Origin: a bacterium
GTDB lineage: Bacteria; Actinomycetota; Acidimicrobiia; Spongiisociales; UBA5794
DNA: 64,000 nt
NCBI GenBank assembly: GCA_024228555.1
Contig: JAAETI010000355.1
Span: forward strand, 3,602 to 67,601
Reading direction: 5' to 3'
Shown here: positions 10,048 to 19,800 of the stretch, piece by piece
Layout of the letters: every line of letters starts with the position of its first letter
Position numbering within the stretch: position 1 is the stretch's first letter
Made by a program: the position numbers and the translations under genes
The notes under the pieces: generated by a model
The model's input: only the letters and a program-made list of their open reading frames with translations
The model's database searches: none
Told to the model about the DNA's origin: nothing

Positions 10048-10722
10048 CTAGGCCGGCTTGGTGCCGGCGCTGTTGCTGAGGAGCTGAATCGTGTCCGCGT
10101 GTATTCGTTCTTTGATCGTGGCGAGGGTGTTGCGATCCTTGCCGCCATGTTGGGCTGCGATCGAGATCGCGGTTGGCAGCACCTCATCAGCGGACACCGC
10201 TTCGTTGACAACGCCCAACTGCTTTGCCTCGTCGCCGCCGATTCGCTTGCCGGTGACCATCAGCTGGTGAGCGGAAGTCATCGACATGCGGGTCGTGATG
10301 AGCGCATTCATGCCTGGGGTGAAAGGGATCTTGATGTCAACTTCCGGCAGGCACAAGAACCCGCGGTCGGAACGCATCACCCTGAAGTCGTGACACAGAG
10401 CCAGCATCGCTCCTGCCGCAAACGTATGGCCGTTGCAGGCTGCCACCGTGATGTATGGAGCGGCGAGCACCCTGGCGAGGAACCTCTCCACACCTGCGAC
10501 AAAGGCAGGCATATCGACTCCCGAACCCATGAGCCACTCCAGGTCCAAGCCATTGGAGAAGAACTTATCCTGACCGGTGGTGACCAGCGCCACCGGATCT
10601 GGCGCTTGATCGATCTGGTCCAAAGCGGCGTTCATTCCGTCAAGCCAGCCCTGGTTCATCCGGTTTTCCTCGTCGTCCATGGTGAGGACGAACACGTTGT
10701 CGCTGCGGTCGAGTGTGACCAA
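10048..10722 (-). CDS. enoyl-CoA hydratase/isomerase family protein
   Basis: Crotonase fold (VTTGQDKFFSNGLDL...ACNGHTFAAGAMLALCHD). Its stop overlaps the hydrolase start by 4 nt, indicating operonic coupling. Confidence 0.85.
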   Translation of the reverse strand: MVTLDRSDNVFVLTMDDEENRMNQGWLDGMNAALDQIDQAPDPVALVTTGQDKFFSNGLDLEWLMGSGVDMPAFVAGVERFLARVLAAPYITVAACNGHTFAAGAMLALCHDFRVMRSDRGFLCLPEVDIKIPFTPGMNALITTRMSMTSAHQLMVTGKRIGGDEAKQLGVVNEAVSADEVLPTAISIAAQHGGKDRNTLATIKERIHADTIQLLSNSAGTKPA

Positions 10723-10783
10723 TCTGATACCTCCACGGTGCCGCCAGTACGGTAGCGAAACTGGTGACCGCTATCGTCAACCC

Positions 10784-11134
10784 ATGATTGGATCGACTGC
10801 AGACGTGAGCCTTGTAGTGGCCGACGACGATACGGCCGTTGCGTACCGCTCGGGGGATGTACCGGTGCTGGCAACCCCTCGGGTCGTCGCCCTTGCCGAG
10901 CAGGCCGCGGTTGCGGCGATCGAGGTCGAGCCCAGCCAGACCACCGTCGGGATCTACATCGACATCCACCATCTGAAGGCGACCTCGGTCGGGGGAGCCG
11001 TCACCGCCGGGGCGACTGTCGTTGCTATGGAAGGCCGCAAGATTAGTTTCGAGTTCACCGTGACTGAGGGCGAGGCAACGGTTGCCCACGGCACCCACAC
11101 CAGGGTTGTCGTCGATCGAGACCGATTCGCATAG
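10784..11134 (+). CDS. hotdog-fold thioesterase (4HBT-like)
   Basis: About 116 aa from the internal ATG (MIGSTADVSL...) and a short hotdog-like sequence. The upstream part of the ORF-track ORF looks non-coding. Confidence 0.55.
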   Translation: MIGSTADVSLVVADDDTAVAYRSGDVPVLATPRVVALAEQAAVAAIEVEPSQTTVGIYIDIHHLKATSVGGAVTAGATVVAMEGRKISFEFTVTEGEATVAHGTHTRVVVDRDRFA

Positions 11135-11161
11135 TCGTCGGGGAATACTTCCGGCTGGGGC

Positions 11162-13216
11162 ATGACTGCAGCTAGTATCGAACACATGTTCGCATCAATC
11201 CCCGAAGTGCCCGGTTGGCTCGAAGGTCTCAACGATGAGCAGAGGATGGCCGTCCTCCATGACGATGGTCCGCTGCTTGTCATCGCAGGCGCCGGCAGTG
11301 GCAAGACCAGGACTCTGGCCAGCCGCGTCGCCCGCCTCATCGACGACGGTGTATCACCGGATCGGATACTGCTGCTGACGTTCACACGGCGCGCTTCAGC
11401 CGAGATGCTGCGCCGCGCCGGAGGCTTTGTAGACCAGCAGGCCACCGGTCGCGTTTGGGGTGGGACCTTTCACTCGATTGCCAATCGCCTGCTCCGTAGC
11501 CATGCGGCCGCGGTGGGGTTGAACGACGGATTCACAGTTCTTGACCAGAGCGACTCGTCGGGTCTGTTCGGGCTGCTGCGGGCAGAGTCCGGTTTCGCCG
11601 AGGGTAAGACGCGGTTCCCCCGCAAGGAAACGATCTCTGCCATCTACTCGCGGGCGGTGAATGCCCAAGAGAAGTTGACCACCGTTCTCGACGAGAGGTT
11701 CCCCTGGTGTCGTGATAATGACGACGAACTCAAGGAGATCTTCCGTCTCTACACCGCACGCAAGCGGAAGCACAATGTGGTCGATTTCGATGACCTCTTG
11801 CTGTACTGGCGGGCACTACTCGAAGCCTCACAAGGGGGTTCCATCAGGGGTCTCTTCGACCATGTTCTTGTGGACGAGTATCAAGACACCAACAAGATCC
11901 AGGCGGACATTCTGCGGTTGCTGTGTGGCGAGCGTGGCAACGTAACGGCGGTCGGGGACGATGCCCAAGCGATCTACTCATTCCGGGCTGCATCGGTTGT
12001 CAACATGGTTGAGTTCCCCGAGACATTCCCTTCGACAACTGTCGTGAAGCTCGAACAGAACTATCGCTCAACCCCTGAGATCCTGGCTGCTGCCAACGCC
12101 GTTATCGCTCAGGCCACGGACACGTTTCCCAAGACGCTGTGGTCGGGTCGTGCGGCGGGACCGCGCCCCGACCTGGTCACCTGTACTGACGAGGCAGCGC
12201 AGGCCGATTGGGTGTGTGATCGTGTCTTGGAGATGAGGGAGTTGGGTGTTCCCCTCCAAGATCAGGCGGTGTTGTTCCGCACCGGGCACCACAGCGATGG
12301 TCTCGAGATCGAGCTCAGCCGACGCAAGATTCCCTACATGAAGTTTGGTGGGCTGCGGTTCCTCGAAGCCGCCCACGTCAAAGACCTGATGTCGATGTTG
12401 CGCATCCTCGACAATCCGCGCGATGAGCTGGCGTGGCACAGGGTGCTCCAGCTGATCCCCGGAATCGGCCCTTCGACAGCTCGCCGCATCATGGCCGACC
12501 TAACCGAGTCGAACGAGGCCCCGGTTCGGCAATTCTGCGAGACATCGTTTCCGGTTGTTGCTGAAGCCAGACCGTTCCTGGTCGAACTTCAGGATGCGAT
12601 GGGCGATTGCACTGCGGAAGGGCTCGATCCAGGCGCCCAGATCGAGCGGCTGACTCCGTTTGCCAAGGCCGTCATCGAGCGCAGCTATGACGATGCCGCC
12701 GTCAGGGTGGGTGACTTGGCGCAGCTCCGTGATATCGCAAGCAGCTACAGCGATCGAACCCGCTTTCTAGCCGAGGTCACCCTCGATCCGCCACATTCAA
12801 CGACAGAGGTTGGCCCTCCCCATCTGGACGACGACTACCTGATCCTCAGCACGGTCCACTCTGCAAAGGGTGGCGAGTGGCCGGTTGTGCATGTGATCCA
12901 TGCCGCCGATGGCAACATTCCCTCCGATATGGCGCTCAACGAGCCGGGCGGTGTCGACGAGGAACGGCGGCTGCTGTATGTCGCGCTGACGCGGGCCAAG
13001 GATCATCTGTCCGTATCGTTCCCGCAACGCTTCTATCACCGGCGTTTCGGTGGTGACAGCCGGCATAGTTATGCGGTCCCGAGCCGCTTCCTCACTCCTG
13101 TGGTCGAACACTTTGAGCCGGTCGTTGCCGGGGTACCGGAAGAAGAGGGCGGTGCAAAATCGTCAGTCGCCGGCAAAGACACGGTGGCTGCCGTGCTCGA
13201 GTCCCTCTGGGAATAG
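11162..13216 (+). CDS. UvrD/PcrA/Rep-family ATP-dependent DNA helicase
   Basis: LNDEQRMAVLHDDGPLLVIAGAGSGKTRTL Walker A and the downstream helicase motifs. Confidence 0.9.
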   Translation: MTAASIEHMFASIPEVPGWLEGLNDEQRMAVLHDDGPLLVIAGAGSGKTRTLASRVARLIDDGVSPDRILLLTFTRRASAEMLRRAGGFVDQQATGRVWGGTFHSIANRLLRSHAAAVGLNDGFTVLDQSDSSGLFGLLRAESGFAEGKTRFPRKETISAIYSRAVNAQEKLTTVLDERFPWCRDNDDELKEIFRLYTARKRKHNVVDFDDLLLYWRALLEASQGGSIRGLFDHVLVDEYQDTNKIQADILRLLCGERGNVTAVGDDAQAIYSFRAASVVNMVEFPETFPSTTVVKLEQNYRSTPEILAAANAVIAQATDTFPKTLWSGRAAGPRPDLVTCTDEAAQADWVCDRVLEMRELGVPLQDQAVLFRTGHHSDGLEIELSRRKIPYMKFGGLRFLEAAHVKDLMSMLRILDNPRDELAWHRVLQLIPGIGPSTARRIMADLTESNEAPVRQFCETSFPVVAEARPFLVELQDAMGDCTAEGLDPGAQIERLTPFAKAVIERSYDDAAVRVGDLAQLRDIASSYSDRTRFLAEVTLDPPHSTTEVGPPHLDDDYLILSTVHSAKGGEWPVVHVIHAADGNIPSDMALNEPGGVDEERRLLYVALTRAKDHLSVSFPQRFYHRRFGGDSRHSYAVPSRFLTPVVEHFEPVVAGVPEEEGGAKSSVAGKDTVAAVLESLWE

Positions 13217-13241
13217 GGGAACTCGCCTTTGGCGAGTTCCC
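13217..13241. terminator. bidirectional hairpin between convergent genes
   Basis: GGGAACTCGCC-ttt-GGCGAGTTCCC, a perfect 11-bp stem. Confidence 0.6.
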
Positions 13242-13364
13242 TGGAGTCCACAGAGCGAACTCCAGGGGGCGCCGGGGCTGAACCGATCCGCTTCTTGCGT
13301 ATCTGGTGCCGCAAATGCGACGGTGGGTTCAGGTGGTGAGCGCGACGGGTGGGGTATCGGTGGT

Positions 13365-14246
13365 CTAGACGGGGACTATCTGGCTGAGCCAGGCTTCGAC
13401 AATCGAGACGAATAGCTCTGGGTCTTCCAGCTGGGGCGTGTGGCCCATGTTTTCGATCATTGTGAATCGCCAATCGGGCCGCTCTTTGGCCGCCCACCGG
13501 GCAGAAGCCGGATGGACTACCCGATCGTCCGTGCCGTGGATCATCAGCGTCGGCTGGCTGACTCGGTGGATCTTGCGTCGGAACCGCCGTGTCGACGCCA
13601 ACTCCACCGCAATGGACCGAGCTGCCTCGGTGAAAGCCCCGATGCTCCACTCCATCTCCCTACGGGCCCGCGCCATCTCGATTGCTGCGGCTCGTTGTAT
13701 CGGATCGATCTCCGTCCCTGGGCTCAGCACCAGGCGCAACGTGTCGTCCACTTCGTCCTCGGGAGTGCGCTCGTGGTAGTAGTAGCGGGCGGCGCTGTTG
13801 CCGAACAGCGGCATGAGCGGAAGGACGAGACGCTGGCTGTCACGCGAGATAGACCTCATCGATACGACCGGGAGAGCCGGGTTTACCAAGATGAGACGTT
13901 CAACCAGGTCGGGCCGGTCGATTGCGGCCAGAATCGAAACGAGACCACCCATTGAGTTGCCGACCAACGTCACGGTTTGGTCGGTCATGGTCTCGGCAAA
14001 CTCGATCAGCAGCTCGGCATTGCGTTGCACAGAAGCACTGCGGCCATGCGGCGGTGTGAACCCGAATCCGATCAGGTCGATGGCGAGCACCCGATGCGTC
14101 TTGCCGAGCAACTCGACTACGGGATCCCACGAGAGGTACGAAGCACCGATACCGTGGACCAGGATCAGGACGGGCCCGTCAACACCTGTCTCTTGATAGT
14201 GGGTTGGCCCATCAACGTCGATGAAATGCGACTGCATGGCTGCCAA
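13365..14246 (-). CDS. alpha/beta hydrolase
   Basis: HGIGASYLSW...LVGNSMGG nucleophile elbow. Confidence 0.85.
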   Translation of the reverse strand: MAAMQSHFIDVDGPTHYQETGVDGPVLILVHGIGASYLSWDPVVELLGKTHRVLAIDLIGFGFTPPHGRSASVQRNAELLIEFAETMTDQTVTLVGNSMGGLVSILAAIDRPDLVERLILVNPALPVVSMRSISRDSQRLVLPLMPLFGNSAARYYYHERTPEDEVDDTLRLVLSPGTEIDPIQRAAAIEMARARREMEWSIGAFTEAARSIAVELASTRRFRRKIHRVSQPTLMIHGTDDRVVHPASARWAAKERPDWRFTMIENMGHTPQLEDPELFVSIVEAWLSQIVPV

Positions 14247-14251
14247 TGTAG

Positions 14252-15148
14252 TCAGCTTGCCCTGCTGCGAGACGGGCTAAGACGATTCGACCGGCCTTCG
14301 GTTGCCACTGCTACCAACGCAATCAGGACCAGAGCGAACCCGACCCAGGCCAGCGGCGGTGGTCGTTCTCCGACTGCGACGACGCCGAGCAGTGCTGCGG
14401 TGACAGGTTCACCGAGGCTGAGGGTCGTAGCGGTGGTGGACTTGGTTGATCGCAACCCGGCTGCAAAGAGCAGGTAAGCGGCCGCCGTAGCCAGCACCCC
14501 GAGATGGAGCACTGTGAGTGTGCCCGCGGTCGTAGCAACCCAGCCAAGATCGTCGACCGCTAGCAGCGGCAGCAGCAGCGCTGCCGCGATCGAAAAAATG
14601 ATCGCAGTCGAGCCGACAACGTTGCCGTCTCTGGCGAACTGACGGGCCGCGATGACGTAGGTGGCGTATGCAGCTCCGGCGACGAGTGCGAACACAATCC
14701 CTTCTGCGCTGGCCGCGGCGTCACTGCCTGCTGCGACCAAGATTGCCACGCCGGCGATGGCAACGCCTGTCGCCGTCACCCAAAGCCGCGACGGTGCCGT
14801 CTTGTCATACCCCCACGCCAGCAGTCCCGCAAACACAGGGGCGCTGCCGATGGCAACGATGGTTCCGACGACGACGCCCGTTCGATCGACCCCCAGAAAG
14901 AAGAACGGTTGGTAGGTGGCGACACCGATTGCCGCGACCAGGGTTGCGGGCCGCCGCATCTTGCTCAGGTTGTGCAACTCGCCGGCAACTCCGGCGATCA
15001 GCATGACCACAACTGCAGCCAGCAACAGCCGGAGGGATCCGACCGCAAGCGGGGTGGCGGCCTCCGGAGCCAGCTCTTGAGCCGTACCGGTGGTTCCCCA
15101 TAAGATGGTGGCGAGAACGATGAGCAGTGGTCCGGGGAGGCGTCGCAT
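14252..15148 (-). CDS. EamA/DMT family transporter
   Basis: 10-TM hydrophobic profile. The start is taken at the internal Met (MRRLPGPLLIVLATILWG); the extended N-terminus looks non-coding. Confidence 0.75.
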   Translation of the reverse strand: MRRLPGPLLIVLATILWGTTGTAQELAPEAATPLAVGSLRLLLAAVVVMLIAGVAGELHNLSKMRRPATLVAAIGVATYQPFFFLGVDRTGVVVGTIVAIGSAPVFAGLLAWGYDKTAPSRLWVTATGVAIAGVAILVAAGSDAAASAEGIVFALVAGAAYATYVIAARQFARDGNVVGSTAIIFSIAAALLLPLLAVDDLGWVATTAGTLTVLHLGVLATAAAYLLFAAGLRSTKSTTATTLSLGEPVTAALLGVVAVGERPPPLAWVGFALVLIALVAVATEGRSNRLSPSRSRAS

Positions 15149-15211
15149 GGCGCTAGCTTCGCAGAGATCCGGCATCGACCGTGATTCCCTCTCTCCGAGT
15201 AGAGGAGGCTG

Positions 15212-16138
15212 ATGGGTGCCCACACAGTGACCGAAGCGACGTTCGCCGCTCGTGACGGCTGTTTGCTGTCGGGGACGATCGTGGTACCGGATCGTGAGGG
15301 ACCTCATCCGGCTGCGCTGCTGCTCAGCGGGTCTGGTCCACTCGACCGAGACTCCAACATGGAGGGCCAGATCCTCGGTATCTCGTGGGCTGTTGCTGAG
15401 ATGCTGGCCGATGCCGGGATCGCATCGCTGCGATACGATAAACGTGGTGTCGGTAGGTCGGAGGGTGATTACTTCGAAACCGGATTCGAAACCGAAACGT
15501 CAGACGCCTTCTCGGCACGGCAGTTTCTGTGCGGAGCTACCGCTGTGGATTCGGCACGGGTCGGAACCATCGGCCATTCGGTCGGAGCGACCATTGCGCT
15601 GCGCAAGGCAGCAGTCGACCCCAGTGTTGCTTTCACCGTCCTTCTTGCTGTGGCCAGTTCTCCCGGCCGGGAGGTCGTGGAGTGGCAAAGCGGCAGAATC
15701 GCAGCCAGCCTGCCTGGACCTGATTGGTTGTTGGGTCGCTGGTTCCGGAGTCGCCAGCAACGGGACCGAGAACGGTTGCTGGCCTCAACCGAGGACGTCA
15801 TTTGGCTGCGCCGCCAGAGGACTCCTGCCAAGTGGTTGCGCGAGTACATGGCACATGACCCAGGGCTCGAGCTTGCCGCGATACGTACACCCGTCCTTGC
15901 GGTCACCGGAGCCAAAGACCTGCAGATCGATCCGGCTGAGCTGGCCGTCATCGGTGATCAGGTGCAAGGACCTTGCCAGACGGAGTCGCCCCACGACTTG
16001 ACGCACGTTCTTCGCAGCGAACCGGGCAAGCCCAAGCTGTCGGATTACCCCGATCTAATCGTCAGGCCTGTCGACGCTGAACTGTTGCAGTTGCTCACAG
16101 CCTGGATCAGGGCCACGATTGGAGCACCAAACGGCTAG
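15212..16138 (+). CDS. alpha/beta hydrolase (dienelactone hydrolase-like)
   Basis: GHSVGA nucleophile elbow. Confidence 0.75.
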   Translation: MGAHTVTEATFAARDGCLLSGTIVVPDREGPHPAALLLSGSGPLDRDSNMEGQILGISWAVAEMLADAGIASLRYDKRGVGRSEGDYFETGFETETSDAFSARQFLCGATAVDSARVGTIGHSVGATIALRKAAVDPSVAFTVLLAVASSPGREVVEWQSGRIAASLPGPDWLLGRWFRSRQQRDRERLLASTEDVIWLRRQRTPAKWLREYMAHDPGLELAAIRTPVLAVTGAKDLQIDPAELAVIGDQVQGPCQTESPHDLTHVLRSEPGKPKLSDYPDLIVRPVDAELLQLLTAWIRATIGAPNG

Positions 16139-17661
16139 GCAGTTTCGTCCTGCTCGACCCCAGCCATCATCAATCCGACCTCTTCACGAGTGGCGGTCCT
16201 GGGATCAACGATGCCCATTACCTGCCCTTCGTACATGACCGCAACTCGATCGGAAACACCGAAGACCTCATCGAGATCCTCTGAGATCATCAGGATCGCA
16301 GTGTCCTCATCACGTTGTTTGATCAGTCGGGTATGGATGTACTCGGCAGCGCCGATATCGACACCGCGCGTCGGCTGGGCGGCGACCAACACCTCCGGCG
16401 TCCCCGATAGCTCGCGGGCGATGATCATCTTCTGGATATTGCCGCCAGATAGATTGCGCGCCGGTGTATCGAGCGTGGGGGTCTTCACCGTGTACTCGTC
16501 AACCAACTGCCGGGAGTGCTTCTTGATCGCACCGAAGTCAAACAACCCGTGGTTGAGATAGTGCTCGTCATTGTGATCAATCAGCAGGATGTTCTCCGAC
16601 ACAGTGAAATCGCCGATCGCCCCGTCCTTCATGCGCTTCTCGGGAACGTAGGCAAGGCCGGTTGTACGTACCTGCTTCGGGGTCATGCCGACCACCTCGG
16701 TTCCTGCGATTTCGATGGAGCCTGCGCTCGGTGCGCGTAGGCCTGCGATCGCTTCGGCGAGCAACATCTGGCCGTTGCCGGATACGCCGGCAACACCGAG
16801 AATCTCGCCAGCATGAACATCGAGATCTAGATCGCGGACACCATCGCCCCCGCGATCGCGGGCAACACGGAGGCCACGGATCTTGAGTGCGACATTGCCA
16901 GGCTTGGCCTCGGTCTTGTCGGGTGCCAGTTTGACCGCCCTCCCGACCATCATCTGGGCGAGGCTCTCCCTGGTGGCACCTTCGACGGGAACGCTACCGG
17001 TGACCTTGCCGTGACGGAGGACGGTGATTCTGGTGCTGAGCGCCAGCACCTCGTGAAGCTTGTGAGAAATGAAGATGAGGCCACAGCCGTCATCTTTGAG
17101 CTGACGCAACGTCACAAACAGCTGATCGACCTCTTGGGGGGTGAGCACTGCAGTCGGCTCATCAAGGATCAGCAGCTTGGCTTCGCGATAGAGCGCCTTG
17201 ATTATCTCAACACGCTGTTGCTCGCCAACGGCCATCTGCCAGATCGGCGCAGACGGGTCGACATGGAGCCCGTACGTTTCGCCGAGTTCGACGATCCGCT
17301 CCGAAACTGCGTCGAGATCGGTGAGTACACCACGGCTTGACTTGAGACCAAGCGCCACATTCTCAGCAACAGTCAGCGGTGGCACCAGCATGAAATGCTG
17401 GTGGATCATTCCGATCCCGTGGGTAATGGCATCGGTTGGGTTCTTGATGCTCAGAGGCTCGCCGTGGAGGCGAACTTCGCCCTCGTCTGCCTCGTAGAGG
17501 CCATAGAGGATCTTCATCAGGGTGCTCTTGCCTGCGCCATTTTCCCCGAGAAGCGTGTGCACCTCTCCAGGGAATACGTCAAAGTCGACATTGTCGCTGG
17601 CGAGCACCCCGGGGAACCGTTTGGTGATGCCGCGCATCTCGAGCATCGGGGTTCCAGTCAC
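16135..17661 (-). CDS. ABC transporter ATP-binding protein (duplicated ATPase, nucleoside/sugar type)
   Basis: Two NBDs: GENGAGKSTLMKIL...LSGGNIQK plus a second Walker set. Confidence 0.9.
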   Translation of the reverse strand: MTGTPMLEMRGITKRFPGVLASDNVDFDVFPGEVHTLLGENGAGKSTLMKILYGLYEADEGEVRLHGEPLSIKNPTDAITHGIGMIHQHFMLVPPLTVAENVALGLKSSRGVLTDLDAVSERIVELGETYGLHVDPSAPIWQMAVGEQQRVEIIKALYREAKLLILDEPTAVLTPQEVDQLFVTLRQLKDDGCGLIFISHKLHEVLALSTRITVLRHGKVTGSVPVEGATRESLAQMMVGRAVKLAPDKTEAKPGNVALKIRGLRVARDRGGDGVRDLDLDVHAGEILGVAGVSGNGQMLLAEAIAGLRAPSAGSIEIAGTEVVGMTPKQVRTTGLAYVPEKRMKDGAIGDFTVSENILLIDHNDEHYLNHGLFDFGAIKKHSRQLVDEYTVKTPTLDTPARNLSGGNIQKMIIARELSGTPEVLVAAQPTRGVDIGAAEYIHTRLIKQRDEDTAILMISEDLDEVFGVSDRVAVMYEGQVMGIVDPRTATREEVGLMMAGVEQDETA

Positions 17662-17735
17662 CTCTATTGCCTTTCTCGTCTTGAGGTGGGAGGGCCCATG
17701 GCCCTCCCACCTCGGAGTTACTTGCTAGTCGGGGC

Positions 17736-18827
17736 TCAGCTTCCGGTGGAGATGGAACCGTCGATGATGCCGGCGATAGTCGCATCGGCCTTGGCGACTA
17801 CGTCGGCGGGTACCTCGTAGCCGGGGTTGTACTCGATTACCTCGCCACCGTTGGCAAGGTCAATGACGAATACCTCGCCACCCAGGGTTCCAGCTTGGAC
17901 CTGTGCGACGATTTGGCTGATGACAACCTCCCAGTGATAGACCTGGGAAGCGACGACGATCTCAGGTGCGAGCTGGGCCTGGTTGGCCTGGGTCCCGAAC
18001 CAAAGGATGCCGTTCTCGGCGGCGACGCCGACGGCGCCGACGACCATCTGAGCGCTACCGGTGAGCACGTCAGCGCCCGCGGTTGCGTGAGCTTGTGCCG
18101 TCTCGGAGGCAAGGGCCACATCGCTGAACGAGCCTGTGTAGACGATCTTGACATCGGCGCCAGGATTCTCGCCGAGGACGCCTGCGGCAAAGCCATCGAC
18201 GTATAGCTTGGCATCGCCAACCTCAACCGGTCCAACAACACCAACGGTGTCGCTCTCGCTCAGAGCGGCGGCGAGCACGCCCATGACATAGCCACCTTCA
18301 TCGGATGCGGCTTCGTATGCGTACACATTTGGCAGGCCAAAGGTGTCGGCAGCGGTGCCCCATGCGAACGACACGTCAGGGAAGTCCGGTGCGATTTCAA
18401 CGAGCGATCCGCCGTACTGCGAACCGTGGGCGATGACGAGGTCATAGCCCTGGTCTGCGTAGTCACGGATTGCCGAGGCAGCATCTTCAACGATGAAGGT
18501 GCCGTCAGTGATGGCGATCTCCATATCAACGCTGCCACTGACCACATTCACTGCGTCAACCATTGACTGGGTGAACGCAAGGTCATTCTGAGCCGAAGGA
18601 GCGATGACGGCGACGCGGAACGCTTCGGCCGGTGCTTCGGTTGTGTCCGAAGGCGCTTCGGTTGTCTCCGAAGGTGCTTCGGTTGTCTCTGAAGGTGCTT
18701 CGGTTGTCTCACCGGAAGCCACCGTTGTTTCAGTCGTTTCGTCGTCGTCGCCGCCACTGAGCGCAACGACGAGTATCGCTACGATCGCCACGACTCCGAG
18801 GCCGATCCATAGATATCTCTTTTCCAT
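17736..18827 (-). CDS. BMP-family (PnrA/Med-like) ABC substrate-binding lipoprotein
   Basis: BMP fold (FRVAVIAPSAQNDLAFTQSM...). Has an N-terminal TM/signal and a Thr/Glu-rich linker with ETTEAPS x4. Confidence 0.85.
   Translation of the reverse strand: MEKRYLWIGLGVVAIVAILVVALSGGDDDETTETTVASGETTEAPSETTEAPSETTEAPSDTTEAPAEAFRVAVIAPSAQNDLAFTQSMVDAVNVVSGSVDMEIAITDGTFIVEDAASAIRDYADQGYDLVIAHGSQYGGSLVEIAPDFPDVSFAWGTAADTFGLPNVYAYEAASDEGGYVMGVLAAALSESDTVGVVGPVEVGDAKLYVDGFAAGVLGENPGADVKIVYTGSFSDVALASETAQAHATAGADVLTGSAQMVVGAVGVAAENGILWFGTQANQAQLAPEIVVASQVYHWEVVISQIVAQVQAGTLGGEVFVIDLANGGEVIEYNPGYEVPADVVAKADATIAGIIDGSISTGS
18627..18710. repeat. about 4 tandem copies of a 21-bp repeat inside the BMP SBP gene
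   Basis: cgaaggYgcttcggttgtStc is repeated about 4 times and encodes the ETTEAPS heptad linker. Confidence 0.8.
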
Positions 18828-18867
18828 TATTTGAGTTTCCTCCTTGTATTTCCCGCAAAGCGGAAAT

Positions 18868-19800
18868 CTATCTTCCTCGTTCGAATGGCTTGGTGAGGGC
18901 GGCAGGCGGTTTGAATCGCTGCGCCACGATCACCAGAGCCAAGATCGTCACAATTGCTGGCGCCATCGCGGCGATGTCCGACCAGCTTCTCGGGATGATG
19001 CCCAGTGTTTTGAGCTGCAACACGATTGAGTTTACGAAACCGTAGAGCAAGGCACCACCCATGACCCCGAGGGGACGCCACGCCCCGAAGTAGACCAGAG
19101 CGATGGCGATGAACCCTGCCGCGTTGGTCAGGTTCTGCTGGAAGATCTTCAGGTCGATTGCTAGTGCGGCGCCTGCTACACCGGCAAGCAAACCACCGAT
19201 GATGAGCGTTGCGTAGCGGACCTTCGTGACGCTGACACCGAGGCTGTCGGCCGCCTCCGGGTTCTCGCCAACGGCCCGGATCTTCATTCCGAAGTTGGTC
19301 CGGTTGATGATGAACATGCTGAGCGGCACCGCAGCAAACGCGATGTATACAACCGCGCTGTGCCGGAACAGCATCTCGCCGATGATCGGTATGTCAGACA
19401 GCACGGGGATGTTGATCTTGGGGAAGGCCTTGATTGGCAGCGGGGTACCTACCCATTTCTGGAACAGCAGGTCGCTGAAGCCCAAACCAAACAGGTAGAT
19501 CCCGATACCGCTAATGCCTTGCTCCGCCTTGAGCGTGACCGACATCACGGCAGTAATCAGCCCGAAGACGACGCCGATGGCGACGCCCACCAACAGACCT
19601 AGCCACACGTTGTCCGTCTTGAGCACCGCGTAGTAGCCGCCAAAGGCGCCAAGCAACATCACTCCGTCAACGCCAAGGTTGAGAACACCGCTGCGCTGGC
19701 CAAACATCTCGCCGAGCGACGCAAAAAGCAGCGGAACGGCTAGTCGGATGCCACCAGCGACGGTTGCGATCAGCACCGCTTCTGTGAAGAAGTCACTCAT
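18868..19800 (-). CDS. ABC transporter permease (BMP/nucleoside type)
   Basis: Multi-TM protein with a 4-nt overlap with the upstream permease. Confidence 0.85.
   Translation of the reverse strand: MSDFFTEAVLIATVAGGIRLAVPLLFASLGEMFGQRSGVLNLGVDGVMLLGAFGGYYAVLKTDNVWLGLLVGVAIGVVFGLITAVMSVTLKAEQGISGIGIYLFGLGFSDLLFQKWVGTPLPIKAFPKINIPVLSDIPIIGEMLFRHSAVVYIAFAAVPLSMFIINRTNFGMKIRAVGENPEAADSLGVSVTKVRYATLIIGGLLAGVAGAALAIDLKIFQQNLTNAAGFIAIALVYFGAWRPLGVMGGALLYGFVNSIVLQLKTLGIIPRSWSDIAAMAPAIVTILALVIVAQRFKPPAALTKPFERGR

Noticed and set aside
10099-10755. 218-aa + strand ORF
   Set aside because: It is antisense to the enoyl-CoA hydratase gene.
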